Below, one piece after another: positions 10,382 to 21,973 of a stretch of DNA of 64,000 nucleotides. Each line of letters starts with the position of its first letter. Within the stretch, counting starts at the first letter, position 1. Source of the DNA: Trypanosoma brucei (lineage: Eukaryota); contig CM000208.1 of assembly GCA_000002445.1 (NCBI GenBank), positions 608,001 through 672,000 on the forward strand, in the 5' to 3' direction. The position numbers and the translations under genes are program-made. The notes beneath the pieces were generated by a model. The model saw nothing but the letters and a program-made list of their open reading frames with translations, was not told the DNA's origin and made no database searches.

Positions 10382-11945
10382 ACAGTGATTTAGACGGCGC
10401 CCCCTTTCCGATCCCTGTTGAGACCTCATACCGCGGTTGGTGATGAGAGGATTCCTGACATTATATTTGTAGGCGGTCGCGGACGTTCCCCTTCTCACAG
10501 CCATGCCACGTCCCACTGTTTTTTTTTCACCTTATCCTCCACTGTGGGTGTTCGTTGTTTTTTTCTTTTTTCCCTTACTCTCCATTTTTTTTTTTTAAAG
10601 TTCCAATTATCCCTCTTTCTGGTACCGAAACCACGATATTCATTGTGCGCCTTAACCGAGAAACGGCTGCGCCACAGATGGAATCCATAGAAGTGGATGA
10701 AGCGGTTCAGCAGCATTTGCTAAACTGCGTGTCTTACGTGATGGAGTGCGCACAAACATCAAGAAACGCCAAAATCCTATCGAGGGGGGGGAAAGTGGGG
10801 GAAAAGGTGGAACACATTGTGGTACGAACTTCTCCAGAAGAACTGTAAGACAAAATGTCAAGAGAAACAAGGCGAAGCCAGTCGCGATGGCAGCAACCAC
10901 CATCTTCAAGAGCAAAAAAAAATTTTGTAAAGGGGGTATAAAAAGAAGCAAATGGACAATCCGTAACTTGAAAAACAGAAGTGTAACTATATAACTTTCA
11001 CCGGTGCCTCCAGTTTTTTTTTTCTTGTTTCTCGTGCATCCCTTCCTGACACACATGCACATTTTGATGTGCACGTTAGTTGCATTGCTGTGTAACACGA
11101 CCGCAGTAAAACAAAGTTCTGGCACCCACAAATGAAAATTGGGTAAAAACAGCAAGAACTTATATTCAAAAATGCCCACAGGCGTACTTATAGTCATTAC
11201 CTCAGACTTAATATAAGCGAATGCATCAATAAAGGTATACTGCCTTTCCCCCGACCTACGAGAGGCATTTCAGGTTTTCATACCCTTTACCAATAGCATT
11301 GAATGCTTTTTAATAATAATAAAATAATTCTCCACAGAAGCAAAAGGGGGGTTTATGTCACTTCGAACATCCTAATGCTTTCTCGCGGTCCTATAATTCA
11401 TACCCATAGCTTAGCTTAAGGAACCTCTACGAGAGAGGTGCGTCACTTTCAGCACGTTAATGCAGGCGGTTCGAATGTATAAATGAGACGTTGCCTTGCT
11501 AGTTATTGTTCCATGGGAGGATTATCTCCACTCATAACCCCTCGCCCCCCAAAAAACAACACACAAAGACACTGAGATTCACCACATTTGACAACATTCC
11601 CCCTAAAGGGTTTAAAATGTTGAATCCCTCTCGCTTCTGCACGCAGGTCCCGTGCTTGTAAGTACCGTGACCCCTAGCAACAGCTCCCGTGCCCTGCTTC
11701 GTGCAGATTAAGGTTTGCACAGTCGCTGCTGGCGGAGTTGTATCATCCCCCATTATGTACATTTATCTACGCATTACCGAGCACCTTCGCAATACATCCG
11801 GAGTTTTGGAAACTCGGTCACATAAAGTCAGCACGGACCCTCCCAGTCCCTACGCACTTCCCCTGTGGATCTTTTTGCTCTCCAGTGCCTTTGCGTTTTC
11901 TGCTCTTTCCAGACGGAGGCGCGGATCCAGCTGAGGTGGCACCAT

Positions 11946-13721
11946 TCACATTTGACGAGGGTTCACGGCCGCGTTGTCGTCAGTGGGGAGTTTCGGAAGT
12001 GGGGTCAATCTAAGCTTGTAATCCTCGTCATCGAAACAAACTTCTTCCCGCGTGGGGCAGATGATGCTGCCTTTCCAGAGGTGACGACCGAGGGGCTGCA
12101 CTGTAGCACCGGGTTTACACGTCTGCCAGCTGTGGTCTAGCAAAAAGCGAATCTGTAGCTCTTTGCCAGTGCAGTTCGTACGGACACAAACGTCACCAAT
12201 ATCTTTATTGGAAAACTTCAAATTGACACCCTTCACACATCGCGAGCCCTTTCCAACCTCACTGCCACGCAAAAACTTCGACTGACCATTGACGCAGTTA
12301 CCGCTGTTGTACTGAACCACCATCGGGCAATGGTCCATGAAACGGGACTTGCCACCAACCCGTGAATTTCTGAAGTAGCGGAACTCGGCGGGAAGTTCAG
12401 TTCGATGTGTACCTAGGGAACACTGGCCGAGTCCGAGACGGTCATGGGTACAAGTGAACAGACGGCTCTTCCATAAATGATCGCAGAACGTGTCGGGGTG
12501 CTTTGACTTTCCTTCCTGCAAGCATTTCTCCTGTAGAAAACTACATCCACGATTTAGGCCCCAACGCGTCTTCTCTGCGCGACTGAAATTGACGCGGTAG
12601 TGTCCCATACTTGCGAACACCCCTAACGACATCACAGTTAAATAATTCAAGTTCCCATAAGGGGCCATCACGTCCTCGACGGCATTGCGTTGCTCCAAGT
12701 GTGTTGCGAAAACGCCGGGGCCTCCTTCATTCTCCATTTCGATACCCGGAGCCGTCGAGCAATTGAAGTGCTTCCGCGCGACACGCTTCGCAACCTCAGA
12801 ATCGACCAACCACGAGGTTTTAAGTCCGCGAATGCCTCCTTTCTGTTTCATAATTCCCCTTCTTATGAGGATATCTGCTTGGAAGCCGAGAGCGTGTCCT
12901 AATTCGTGTGCGATAACTCGCACAAAGAAGTCAGTTTCGGCAACGTACTTGGGGGATATGTTGACAACGCCAGAAACCGGGCGGCCGTCAGTGAGCATTG
13001 CGCACACGGAAGCCCACGCCATATTCCCTATCGTTGGCCGAGCCGCCACGTATATACTAACATCACCTTCAAAACCATTGGTGTAGTGACCCTTGGGCAC
13101 CTTGAATAAGCTGCAGTATCCAGCGTATGAGGATGGTAAAACAATCCTCCGGTGATATCTCCTTACCAACAGGCGATCCGTGTGTAATTTGATTGCCTTT
13201 GGAATAGCGACCTGCACGATGACGCGCTTCTTGCGAACTGTGAGAACATCCCCCGCTGTACAAACAGTCGTCTTCCCACTGACGAGTATGCTACGGACAT
13301 CACCTGCCATCGTGCAGAAGCGGCTGGGGTCATTCAAGTCTTGCGTGTAAGCTCTGATGCGAATTGGTTTCCACCTGCTGTCAATCTCCCCTTGCCCGTA
13401 ATCATCAACGTTATTGGTGTATTTAGGTTTCTTATCTACGGATGCAGTTCTTGCACTAATCAAATCACCGCCAGTGGTACCCTTCGCTTCTGATTCAGGG
13501 GGCATAGTACCTACTATCGGCACATCATCTGGATTAATCGCAGAATGATGACTTCCGCACCAACCACGGGGCGTATCGCCGGTGCCTTCCTCTCCCCATT
13601 GTTCCTCTGGTGCTTCCAAATGTGTCGCTGATGCTTCCACGTGCACGTGTGCTCGCAAGTGGTGCGAGACGAAAGCGGCAAATATGCACCAAAAGATAGC
13701 GGTTCCTAACAGTTGGGTCAT
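11946..13721 (-). CDS. MSP: GP63 / leishmanolysin-family major surface protease (MSP), zinc metalloprotease M8
   Basis: N-terminal signal peptide (MTQLLGTAIFWCIFAAFVSHHLRA). HEXXH zinc site VIAHELGHALGF. Cys-rich C-terminal region, with the length and layout of trypanosomatid GP63. It is single-copy here, consistent with MSP-C type. Confidence 0.85.
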   Translation of the reverse strand: MTQLLGTAIFWCIFAAFVSHHLRAHVHVEASATHLEAPEEQWGEEGTGDTPRGWCGSHHSAINPDDVPIVGTMPPESEAKGTTGGDLISARTASVDKKPKYTNNVDDYGQGEIDSRWKPIRIRAYTQDLNDPSRFCTMAGDVRSILVSGKTTVCTAGDVLTVRKKRVIVQVAIPKAIKLHTDRLLVRRYHRRIVLPSSYAGYCSLFKVPKGHYTNGFEGDVSIYVAARPTIGNMAWASVCAMLTDGRPVSGVVNISPKYVAETDFFVRVIAHELGHALGFQADILIRRGIMKQKGGIRGLKTSWLVDSEVAKRVARKHFNCSTAPGIEMENEGGPGVFATHLEQRNAVEDVMAPYGNLNYLTVMSLGVFASMGHYRVNFSRAEKTRWGLNRGCSFLQEKCLQEGKSKHPDTFCDHLWKSRLFTCTHDRLGLGQCSLGTHRTELPAEFRYFRNSRVGGKSRFMDHCPMVVQYNSGNCVNGQSKFLRGSEVGKGSRCVKGVNLKFSNKDIGDVCVRTNCTGKELQIRFLLDHSWQTCKPGATVQPLGRHLWKGSIICPTREEVCFDDEDYKLRLTPLPKLPTDDNAAVNPRQM

Positions 13722-16103
13722 CTCTCGCCCTTTGCGACTTTAAAAACAACCTCTCTTTCCTTGTTTTTCAGTCTCAAAAGCAGCTGGACGGCGCTGCGTT
13801 GATGTACGCACGTATGGATAGTGGCAGATATTTTCTCTGTATTCACCTAACGTGCGATATAACCCTTCACCACTAGACCTACTACTCCCTCTACCTCACT
13901 TAACCAAATTCAGCACGTCGAAAAGTGGCGTCGGACTAATTTCTTCTTCTATGTGAAAACGCAAAAACAGAAAACAACGGAATCTGGGGTCATTGTTCAC
14001 TACCCCCGTGCGGAACAAAAGCCCACCAAATGACTTGTAAATGGAGGGGGAAATACCACATAAGCAACCCCTAGAAAAAAAAATACTTAGTGGCATAATG
14101 ACAAAAGTTTTTTTAAAAAAAAAAACAGCTAGCCGAAAGTATAACAGTTTTGCAACCTCTCGCTTTTGCCTTATCTTGCTGTTCACATTCCCACTAACTG
14201 CTGCGGAAAACGAATGCGTATATGTCAAAAAACAATGACCAGCAGTGGCAATGCAAAGCGAGACCCCCAGAGGTCTGTGAGTGCGCATGGTTTGCATTCT
14301 AACGGTACCGCCTGTTGGTAATTAAGCAGCAAAATAACACTAGCTTCTGGGGTACGCATGCCCGCACCTGCGATAACAACCGAATAATTGTGGTGACGCC
14401 TCTCATAGAAACCTGAACTAATGATGTACAACCCACAGTATCACTTTGTAACTTCTATCCACATGCACGACGACTTGAAAGAAGATGGGATAGGAGAGGT
14501 TGCTCATTTCTGGGCTACACAGAGGTGTAATGCATGTCATGTGAATGAAATGCTAAGCGAAGTAACGTCACTGTAACGTCGCTGTATGCGCGGCACTTCC
14601 TCGCTCTGACGCCAATGCGCCTCCACATCGTCACACCACACAAACGCGTGGCATTTGCTAAAATGTTTTCATCTTTATCAACCATAGATCAGCGGCATAT
14701 CCGAAGAATGTGCTAAACCGGCAGGTGCATCAAAGTAAACCGCTCTAGACGATCACAGAAATAAGTTGAGAACTGAACGTCACATGCTATAAACAAAAAA
14801 TATATTACATCTGACTCAATTAATGCAAAGAAGAAAGCGGGAGCAAGACGGAAAAAGAAATTAAAAGGATGAGCCGACAAATGTAAAGTGGGCCTCTGGT
14901 TTTCACACACACCAAGACAACAGCGCAGAATCACGGCAGCAGCCTATACGGCAGACAGCCTACATGCCGTCCATTATGTTTTTTTCGACGCAGCCTACAC
15001 CAAATAGACATAAACGAACTCATGCTTGCGGGAGCTCGACAAAAAGCTTTTAATGAGGAAACCAAAAGGGGGAGGGATCGGCACCAGCGCCGAGACATCG
15101 TTCAGGGCACATGCACAAGAAACTAGCCAAATATAAGAGTGTGGGGAGGCCCAAATAAATTGGATTAGGGCATAAGAAAAAAACCAACAACAACACACAT
15201 GTATACACATAAATGCAGAGTACTACTCGCCCCTATATAATCAAAAACAATCAGTGTTATACCTTACGGTGTATGCACATACCTCATGACGGCCTAGTGA
15301 AAGAGAAAGGGCACGTATCGGGTAGGAAACATGACAGCCACAGCTTTCCATTCGCTGGTTGAGTGGCTTTATTTCCCCCTTCGTTAGCAGAAATAAAAAC
15401 ATATGTGTGGTCGGACACAGCCAAAGTAATGAAGAGGAACCCTGAAAACATTTTCCTGAAACAAAAGTCGCATTAAGCAAAGAAGCAACTAAGCAAACAA
15501 AAGTGGCAAGTTGGTGTGAAATTGCCCCTCACATGCACCCCGCAGCCGCTGCCGTTGCGCATGGCTGCGTAGTATTCCTTTGTTGCGGAACAGGGGGGAA
15601 GTTGTGAATTCAAGGGAGGAAGTCCAACAAATAACACTGTTGGTGGGTGAGCATAGGCATCCTTGCCCACTCACAAGAACTAAAGAATAATAATAGTGAT
15701 AATAGTAGTAGTAACGATGATAAAAAATAAATGAGGGGGGACAAACAGTGGGTGAGATAAATAATGTGTGAGGCAAATAGGTTAAGAGAAAAACATGATT
15801 CAAAGCTGTTGATTGAGAACAAATAAGATTCAACGAACAGTCGTCGCTACAATAGTCAGGGGTCTCCCCCACCAAAGATGGAAAATGGTACATTAAGGAA
15901 GTAGACATCAAGCGGAATAAGCACAAACAGGACATACATGAACATACGTAGAAATTTGTATGCGTACATAGGCTCGTGTGCGTGGGCAGCGGTGGGTAAT
16001 GAGCTCGCTTGTTCTTGGATTTGGTAACCGTCTACGGACTCTACGTTTTTTTTTTACTTCCACCCTCGCCGGTAGCTGGGTCTCCGTGCCCCTCAGGCGT
16101 GGT

Positions 16104-19100
16104 TTAAGAGGAAGAACCGCGTGGCTGGGTAATGACAATCAGCGAGGCGCTCGTTAGCGTACTGAACGTATGATCAGCGCCACTCGACGCGCAGTAATCC
16201 ACAACGTGCCCAACCTTCACTGCGATGCGCCGTATGACCTCCTGGTAGTAGCTGTCATCCCAAATGGCAGGTGGCTTGCGCGGCAACACCACACGCCAGC
16301 GCTCACAGAAGGGTAAAAGCGCCTTTTGCCGCTGAGCACGCGCGAAAGTACCGAGTAAAGCGTTCAAGGAGGTCACTATAACTTGGGAAGACTCACTCAA
16401 CTCCGCACGTGAAGAACTGTGATCACTGGTAGAGAGTACCGAGCCGTCTGTACCGTCATTCAGCACGTCAACATCCCTGTCGAGACGAAGTGCTGCGAAC
16501 TGTCGACCAGCTACTGTATTCAGCTGGTACATCTCAACTGGCTCCGGTACGCCACGCAGTGGTAAGGCACCGAGGGCGGTTACGTCAAATTGCTCACGTT
16601 CCATGCCGCTCATCGCAAGATAAGTGGCCCGAGTCAGAAGCACCTGCCCACCGTTGGTGACACTCTCTGTCCGCGCAGCCATGTTAGTTGTGCGCCCATA
16701 GTAGTCATAACCCTTCGTCACTTCATCGTGTCGGATATCGCATAACCCCGTGTGGATTCCAACACGTACACGCAGCCCGTTCCACATTTGGCTGTACGCC
16801 TCATCGGCGAGGTGAGCAGTTGGTGGAACATAATCATTTTCCACCTCAGCTCTCTGTTCCTCAAACTGCCGGTAGGATTGGTCAAACAGTGTGGTTCTCC
16901 AGTTGTGAAGGAGGAATGATCGCTGCAAGTTGCACGCAAGTTGTACAGCCGCAAGAGGGCTCCTACACGCGATCATAAACGAGTCCCCGATGGTCTTCAC
17001 CTCGTAGCAGCGGTACTGCACAATAAGGGAGCGGATCAAACGATGATGCGTGGCTACGGCGTCGGGCATTTGCTCAGGGTGTGCTGCCCACTGCGCCGTG
17101 CTGCCCTCAATATCCGTGAAAACAATGGTAACGGGGGCTGTTAGTTCTTTCGGGGCGTTGTCATTGTCGCGCCCGCTCCGAGTTGCGAAGTACAACGGCA
17201 CCGCAATAAAGAGCAGCACAAAAAAAAGGAGAACAGACCCAGCAATAGCACCTGCTAGTTGCGCCGCTGTAAGGCCATTTGCGTTGGGGTCCACGTAAAA
17301 CATTTGTGGCGTAACCGGATCTTGCAACACTGGCACACTTGAATTCATCACACGCGCCATGGACCACACGGATATGTTCGTAGCACCAAAATTCGAGATG
17401 CAATTGGCCGCCGCGGCAAAACCTGAAATCAGGCAACTTTCTCTGTCGTAGGTGCCATACCGCATGTCGTCAACAGTGATTGAGGCTTCCTCAAAGAAGA
17501 GGTCGACCAACAGTTGGGAGGTCACCTTTTCCATTCGACGGATATTTCGCTGCATAAGCCGCTCAGTGGCAAAACCTAGTAGGGCCAAAGGGGTTCGGTG
17601 AGGCGGTTTCACAACTTTGTGGAACTTTCGAACTGTTTTCGATTTTGAATCGGTGTCGCCCCAGTGGGGAAGGTTGGTTGCGAAAAGAACACGCTCCGCA
17701 CCCGCGCTACCGTTGAAAACCCCAACGAATTCGTCGTACATCAGCATTACCTCGGAAAACTGGACGAAAATACGCACATCTTGATGAGTACGGAGGTACT
17801 CTTTGACTATCGGAATATTACCGCTGCCAATACCAAGAAGAAACACATCGCCTTTTGCTGGGAGGTATTTCTCCAGCTCGCCCACGTCCCTAAATATTTT
17901 ACTGGAGGAGAGATTTGCGCGAAATGTCACTAGCGTCCTCGTCAATACCTCCGCTATCTCAGCACCTTCTCGACTATAGACAGCCAAATGAACCGGTCCT
18001 TGGCGGTTCTTGGACAAATAGCTCACAAGCACGTACAGTTGTTGTTCCAATGTTGGCGATAGGTGGATTACATTACTTCTGAACTTGTTCAAACGAGGAT
18101 CCATGACAATGGGATCGATGAAGGTTAAATTTTTCACGGTTAACATTTCCTCGACCACAACCCCAAACACCGCTGTGATGATACTGTTTTTTCGCAGCTC
18201 AACAAGATCATTCATGGATTGTTCTGTGGTGCTGCCAACCTGAAGCATAATAAGTCTGTTGAGTTCGCCGACATTCAAAAGTGAGGCTGTGGAAGATATG
18301 CCATGATAAAACTCCAGCGCGGCCCTGAGCATCGTGAGGTTGTCGGCCATCCTCATGATGACTCCACTAAGCGGAGGGTGCAGTTGGATGGCATTAGAAT
18401 AACAGTGGTCTCGGCTCGTTGAGAAAATCCCTGGAAGGACATGTTGGAAGTGATAACCTTTAACAACTTCTTTCATAAACACCTTTTTGCCACCGCGGTT
18501 GCAGTCGCAGACGGCACCCTGAGCGGCGGCACCTGTGGCACATTCACCACCGAAGTCTCCAATTACAAGATCATCGATCACGTAACGGCGTTGGTCGTAC
18601 AATGAGTTTATGAACGAAATACGGTCGCCCAATTTTGTGTTGCTCCTAAGAGCACGCATAAGTACCTCACCCGCAATCCATCCGTACACCATTAGTTCCC
18701 CATCTACATCGTTGGTGAGGAAGTGATTCGAGTCGCTGAGACCTGACCATTCCGGATGCCGCGTTAAGTAATCCCTTGCCTCATTCTGGAAGCGTCTGAT
18801 TGCTCCGAAGTAAGTTGTCTTGGCAAGCGGATTTGTGCCAGTTTGGATCAAACGATGAGGTACAAACGATACATTGCTCGCTTCCAGGGCCTGCCTCCAT
18901 ACAGCAACGAGTGACTTCTGAAGCAAAGAGGGCGCAAGCAGAACAGTAGTCGCGGTCCGTTGGTCGGACACTAACCTCCCGACAATTTGTTTGGTATAGT
19001 CGTTTATCCGAGTGAACATAATGGCGGCCTGTGGAAGATTCTGGGCAAACTTTTCCCACTCTGCTTCGAACGCCTCACCGGAGGCAGTTTCTTCAACATC

Positions 19101-19712
19101 ATTTGGCACAGTGAACAGACAACAAAGCTCGTACCCTAGTTGGGACATTAACTCTGTTGCTCGAGAATGCGCTGATGGCGCCCCCGCCAGGCTTTCAGTG
19201 TACATAAAACCCAACCGCAGCACGCGCATGTGATTAACAGCATAGCGGATAAGGGCTACCAGCTCAGCGCTTGGTTCAGGTCGCAAGAAGTATAAGTTCG
19301 GCAAAAACTTGCGGGATTCTGTCAACTCTGTTAGCGGAGCGAAGGCTACAAGGTTGTGCTCTTTCAACACCTTGTAAGATTTCCTTATGTTTCCCTCCCC
19401 CATCGGACCGAACACAACCAGCAAACTTTCACTGTCGTCTGCGTTTTTCACATAATTCTCCAAGTATTCTGCTGCGGAGACGTTATATGAAGGAGGCCTA
19501 ATAACCGTGACGTCAATCCCTGGCACTACAGTCCAATTTTGCGCGGCCAAGGAAGCGTTAAACCCCACATTCAAAGAATTTATGATGTCAACAGTGGCGC
19601 CTGCGGAATTAAACATAAGGGACAAAACTTTCACAGTCATCCTCACCTCATGCCCCCCTTGCGCCAGTGAACAGGGGACGCACAACGACAGGAGTATCCA
19701 CAGGTGCAACAT
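16104..19712 (-). CDS. receptor-type adenylate cyclase (GRESAG4/ESAG4-like); the track ORF extends to 19832, but the signal peptide begins at the Met encoded at 19712
   Basis: Signal peptide MLHLWILLSLCVPCSLAQG. Large periplasmic-binding-protein-like ectodomain. Single TM GAIAGSVLLFFVLLFIAVPLYFAT. Class III cyclase catalytic domain (VTIVFTDIEGSTAQWAAHPEQM..., FMIACRSP...). This is the typical trypanosome adenylate cyclase layout. Confidence 0.85.
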   Translation of the reverse strand: MLHLWILLSLCVPCSLAQGGHEVRMTVKVLSLMFNSAGATVDIINSLNVGFNASLAAQNWTVVPGIDVTVIRPPSYNVSAAEYLENYVKNADDSESLLVVFGPMGEGNIRKSYKVLKEHNLVAFAPLTELTESRKFLPNLYFLRPEPSAELVALIRYAVNHMRVLRLGFMYTESLAGAPSAHSRATELMSQLGYELCCLFTVPNDVEETASGEAFEAEWEKFAQNLPQAAIMFTRINDYTKQIVGRLVSDQRTATTVLLAPSLLQKSLVAVWRQALEASNVSFVPHRLIQTGTNPLAKTTYFGAIRRFQNEARDYLTRHPEWSGLSDSNHFLTNDVDGELMVYGWIAGEVLMRALRSNTKLGDRISFINSLYDQRRYVIDDLVIGDFGGECATGAAAQGAVCDCNRGGKKVFMKEVVKGYHFQHVLPGIFSTSRDHCYSNAIQLHPPLSGVIMRMADNLTMLRAALEFYHGISSTASLLNVGELNRLIMLQVGSTTEQSMNDLVELRKNSIITAVFGVVVEEMLTVKNLTFIDPIVMDPRLNKFRSNVIHLSPTLEQQLYVLVSYLSKNRQGPVHLAVYSREGAEIAEVLTRTLVTFRANLSSSKIFRDVGELEKYLPAKGDVFLLGIGSGNIPIVKEYLRTHQDVRIFVQFSEVMLMYDEFVGVFNGSAGAERVLFATNLPHWGDTDSKSKTVRKFHKVVKPPHRTPLALLGFATERLMQRNIRRMEKVTSQLLVDLFFEEASITVDDMRYGTYDRESCLISGFAAAANCISNFGATNISVWSMARVMNSSVPVLQDPVTPQMFYVDPNANGLTAAQLAGAIAGSVLLFFVLLFIAVPLYFATRSGRDNDNAPKELTAPVTIVFTDIEGSTAQWAAHPEQMPDAVATHHRLIRSLIVQYRCYEVKTIGDSFMIACRSPLAAVQLACNLQRSFLLHNWRTTLFDQSYRQFEEQRAEVENDYVPPTAHLADEAYSQMWNGLRVRVGIHTGLCDIRHDEVTKGYDYYGRTTNMAARTESVTNGGQVLLTRATYLAMSGMEREQFDVTALGALPLRGVPEPVEMYQLNTVAGRQFAALRLDRDVDVLNDGTDGSVLSTSDHSSSRAELSESSQVIVTSLNALLGTFARAQRQKALLPFCERWRVVLPRKPPAIWDDSYYQEVIRRIAVKVGHVVDYCASSGADHTFSTLTSASLIVITQPRGSSS

Positions 19713-21727
19713 TACTCCCGGGAAAATACGTAAGTGGCCGACAGAACCAGTCCCAACGCTTCCCTCGGTTCCTGGACGAGTGGAGAAACGACGACGCTGC
19801 TGTGCCCTGCGTCCCACTGTCGATTCGTGCATGGTGACGGTCGTAATTTGGGGGGAAATACGTTAACAATCCTTCTAGTCAAATAATTAAGATGGAAAGT
19901 ACAATGTACAAATGGGGTTGCGTTGTCAATAACAAAAGACATGAGTAAAACTCAAGGAATCCATCACTTTACAGGAAAACGATGTCAGACACCGCGCGCA
20001 CATAACCTTAAAATAATAAAAACAATGCAAGTCGAGAGTGGAAAATTGTTCATCACCTCCAAATCACCACTAGCTCTACCTCTGAACCGCCTGTGAAACA
20101 TATGTGTGTAGCACGCACTATGAGTTCACACAAACAAAACTTTATCGTCGCTGTATCGCACGAGACGCAAACACAAAATACCAAATACTGTCTGCTTCTA
20201 TGCCTCAAGTTCAACGGTAACCAAATAGAGGCCCATCAGCAACATACACCGGCACTGTGGGAAGGGCAATAACCCTTTTCCACGACTGCAAAAAGAAAAA
20301 AAATTGCAACAAACGAACCCTTTAATACAACAGATAGCGGAAACAAGTTCTCTGTTCCGCTTCAAGTTCCAACGCCAAACACCACCTTTCGCCCAAACTT
20401 TAGATGTAATTAACCCCTTAGGACCCGCTTGCACAAAACCGTAAACTTCGATGTGCAAAACACCTAGAGTTTCCCCCGAACACCGAGCAAGGAACTTGAC
20501 TTAACATACACGACAACTACAACTCAGTTCCCGTAGGAGGAACACAGTGTCATTAAAGGAATTAAATTGTAGGGATGTTCACACAAACACCAAACTGACC
20601 AACTCCCCCAAAAAGCACCAACAGTTAGGAAAAGTTCTTGATCCGTTTCAGAGACGCGTAAACACCGAACCAAGCATCAGCTTCTATATTCCCAACAACC
20701 AAACCCAACCCACAAGGCCCCCTGCCTTGCCTCCAGGAATAGCACAATGCGTCCACCACTTCTCATCGAACATATCACCTTCAGCGACTGTTGGCCCTTA
20801 AAGCAAAAAAAAAAAAAATCGCCGCGAAACGGGAGATAGGAAGAAAGACCAGACACGCAACACATGTCCAACCCAAAGTTCATTGGCGATCCGTTGGCTT
20901 GCTGGCACGACACCGCGAGAGCCGTTAAAAAACAGGAAGATGCCCATCATTGCAGCAGCGAGAACTTTGCCCACCCTGCTAAAGCCCATAACCGGGTCCT
21001 CTTCCTCTAACAGCACACCCATTCGATCTTCGATATGCCGTTGCACAATTTTGCAAAAAAGAGGAATGACATTGAGCCTCCATGATCAAAATGACATTTC
21101 AAAGATAAAACATTCCCTTTTAACCCTTATTAAGAGACGAACATGGAAACAAAGAAACAGATCAGTGTTTGAAACTTAACACAAATGGAACAAGTGTATA
21201 CTACCTTAACGATAGCCACGAAACGCTTCACCTCAGCTTCGTAAGCCCACAATAACAAAAAAATGAAAACGGAAAATAACACGAAACGTGTTCAAATTAT
21301 GATTCACCTTTCTCTTATTAAATTTCCCCCACAGTAGAAAACCTTTTAATTTAAGACGCATTTTCCACTTGCGACACCCAGTTTCCTTGCACAATAACCC
21401 ACCATTACTCCACAAAAAAAAAAAAAAGAAAAAAAGTAAGCGGTTGCGCCCACATCTTCCAGTATTTGGGGAACATAGAAGGTGGACGCTCACCGCGTCA
21501 GTTAAAGGGGAACACGAGATCAAAACTTCCTGTAGATCCTTGGAAAGCATCTGTCAAAATATGACTTCACGCACTTTCCTCTTCAGGATGCACCTTTTTT
21601 CCGCTCTTTTCCTAGGAATAGAAATTCCCATTTCCCCTTAAGAAGAAGCCCTAGTGTCGAAACATGTAAGTATAACACAAGCTGTTCTTCTCAAGCAAAG
21701 AAAAAAAAAATTCACATCTCATTCTAA

Positions 21728-21752
21728 GAAGTAAAAAACAACAACAACAACA
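21728..21752. repeat. (CAA)8 microsatellite
   Basis: acaacaacaacaacaacaacaac, seen directly; intergenic. Confidence 0.85.
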
Positions 21753-21973
21753 ACAACAACAAGTGCAAATGTAAATAAATGTGTAAGCACACACTCATGC
21801 GTGTGTTCATGCATAAGTATGCACACCCTCGGCTATCGTGTTCTGCTATATTATCCTTTTTAAAAAAACGCACCTGCTCTCCGTCGGCTCAATACGAGTT
21901 GTAACAGAATAAAAAGAATGGAAATTTCACTCAAGAAGGGTCACATGCACATCTTCATTCCAGGCCAAGAGGA

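Larger units (their letters stand above)
5967..11945. other. convergent strand-switch region (end of the + unit meets the end of the - unit); putative transcription termination zone containing a retroposon fragment and repeats
   Basis: Upstream genes are all on + and downstream genes all on -. No credible ORF across ~6 kb. Extreme low complexity with alternating polypyrimidine/polypurine blocks at 6000-7600. Confidence 0.6.

Noticed and set aside
11450..11475. GGTTCGAATG motif resembling a tRNA B-box
   Set aside because: The sequence is GGTTCGAATG rather than GGTTCGAATCC, and it has no surrounding cloverleaf.
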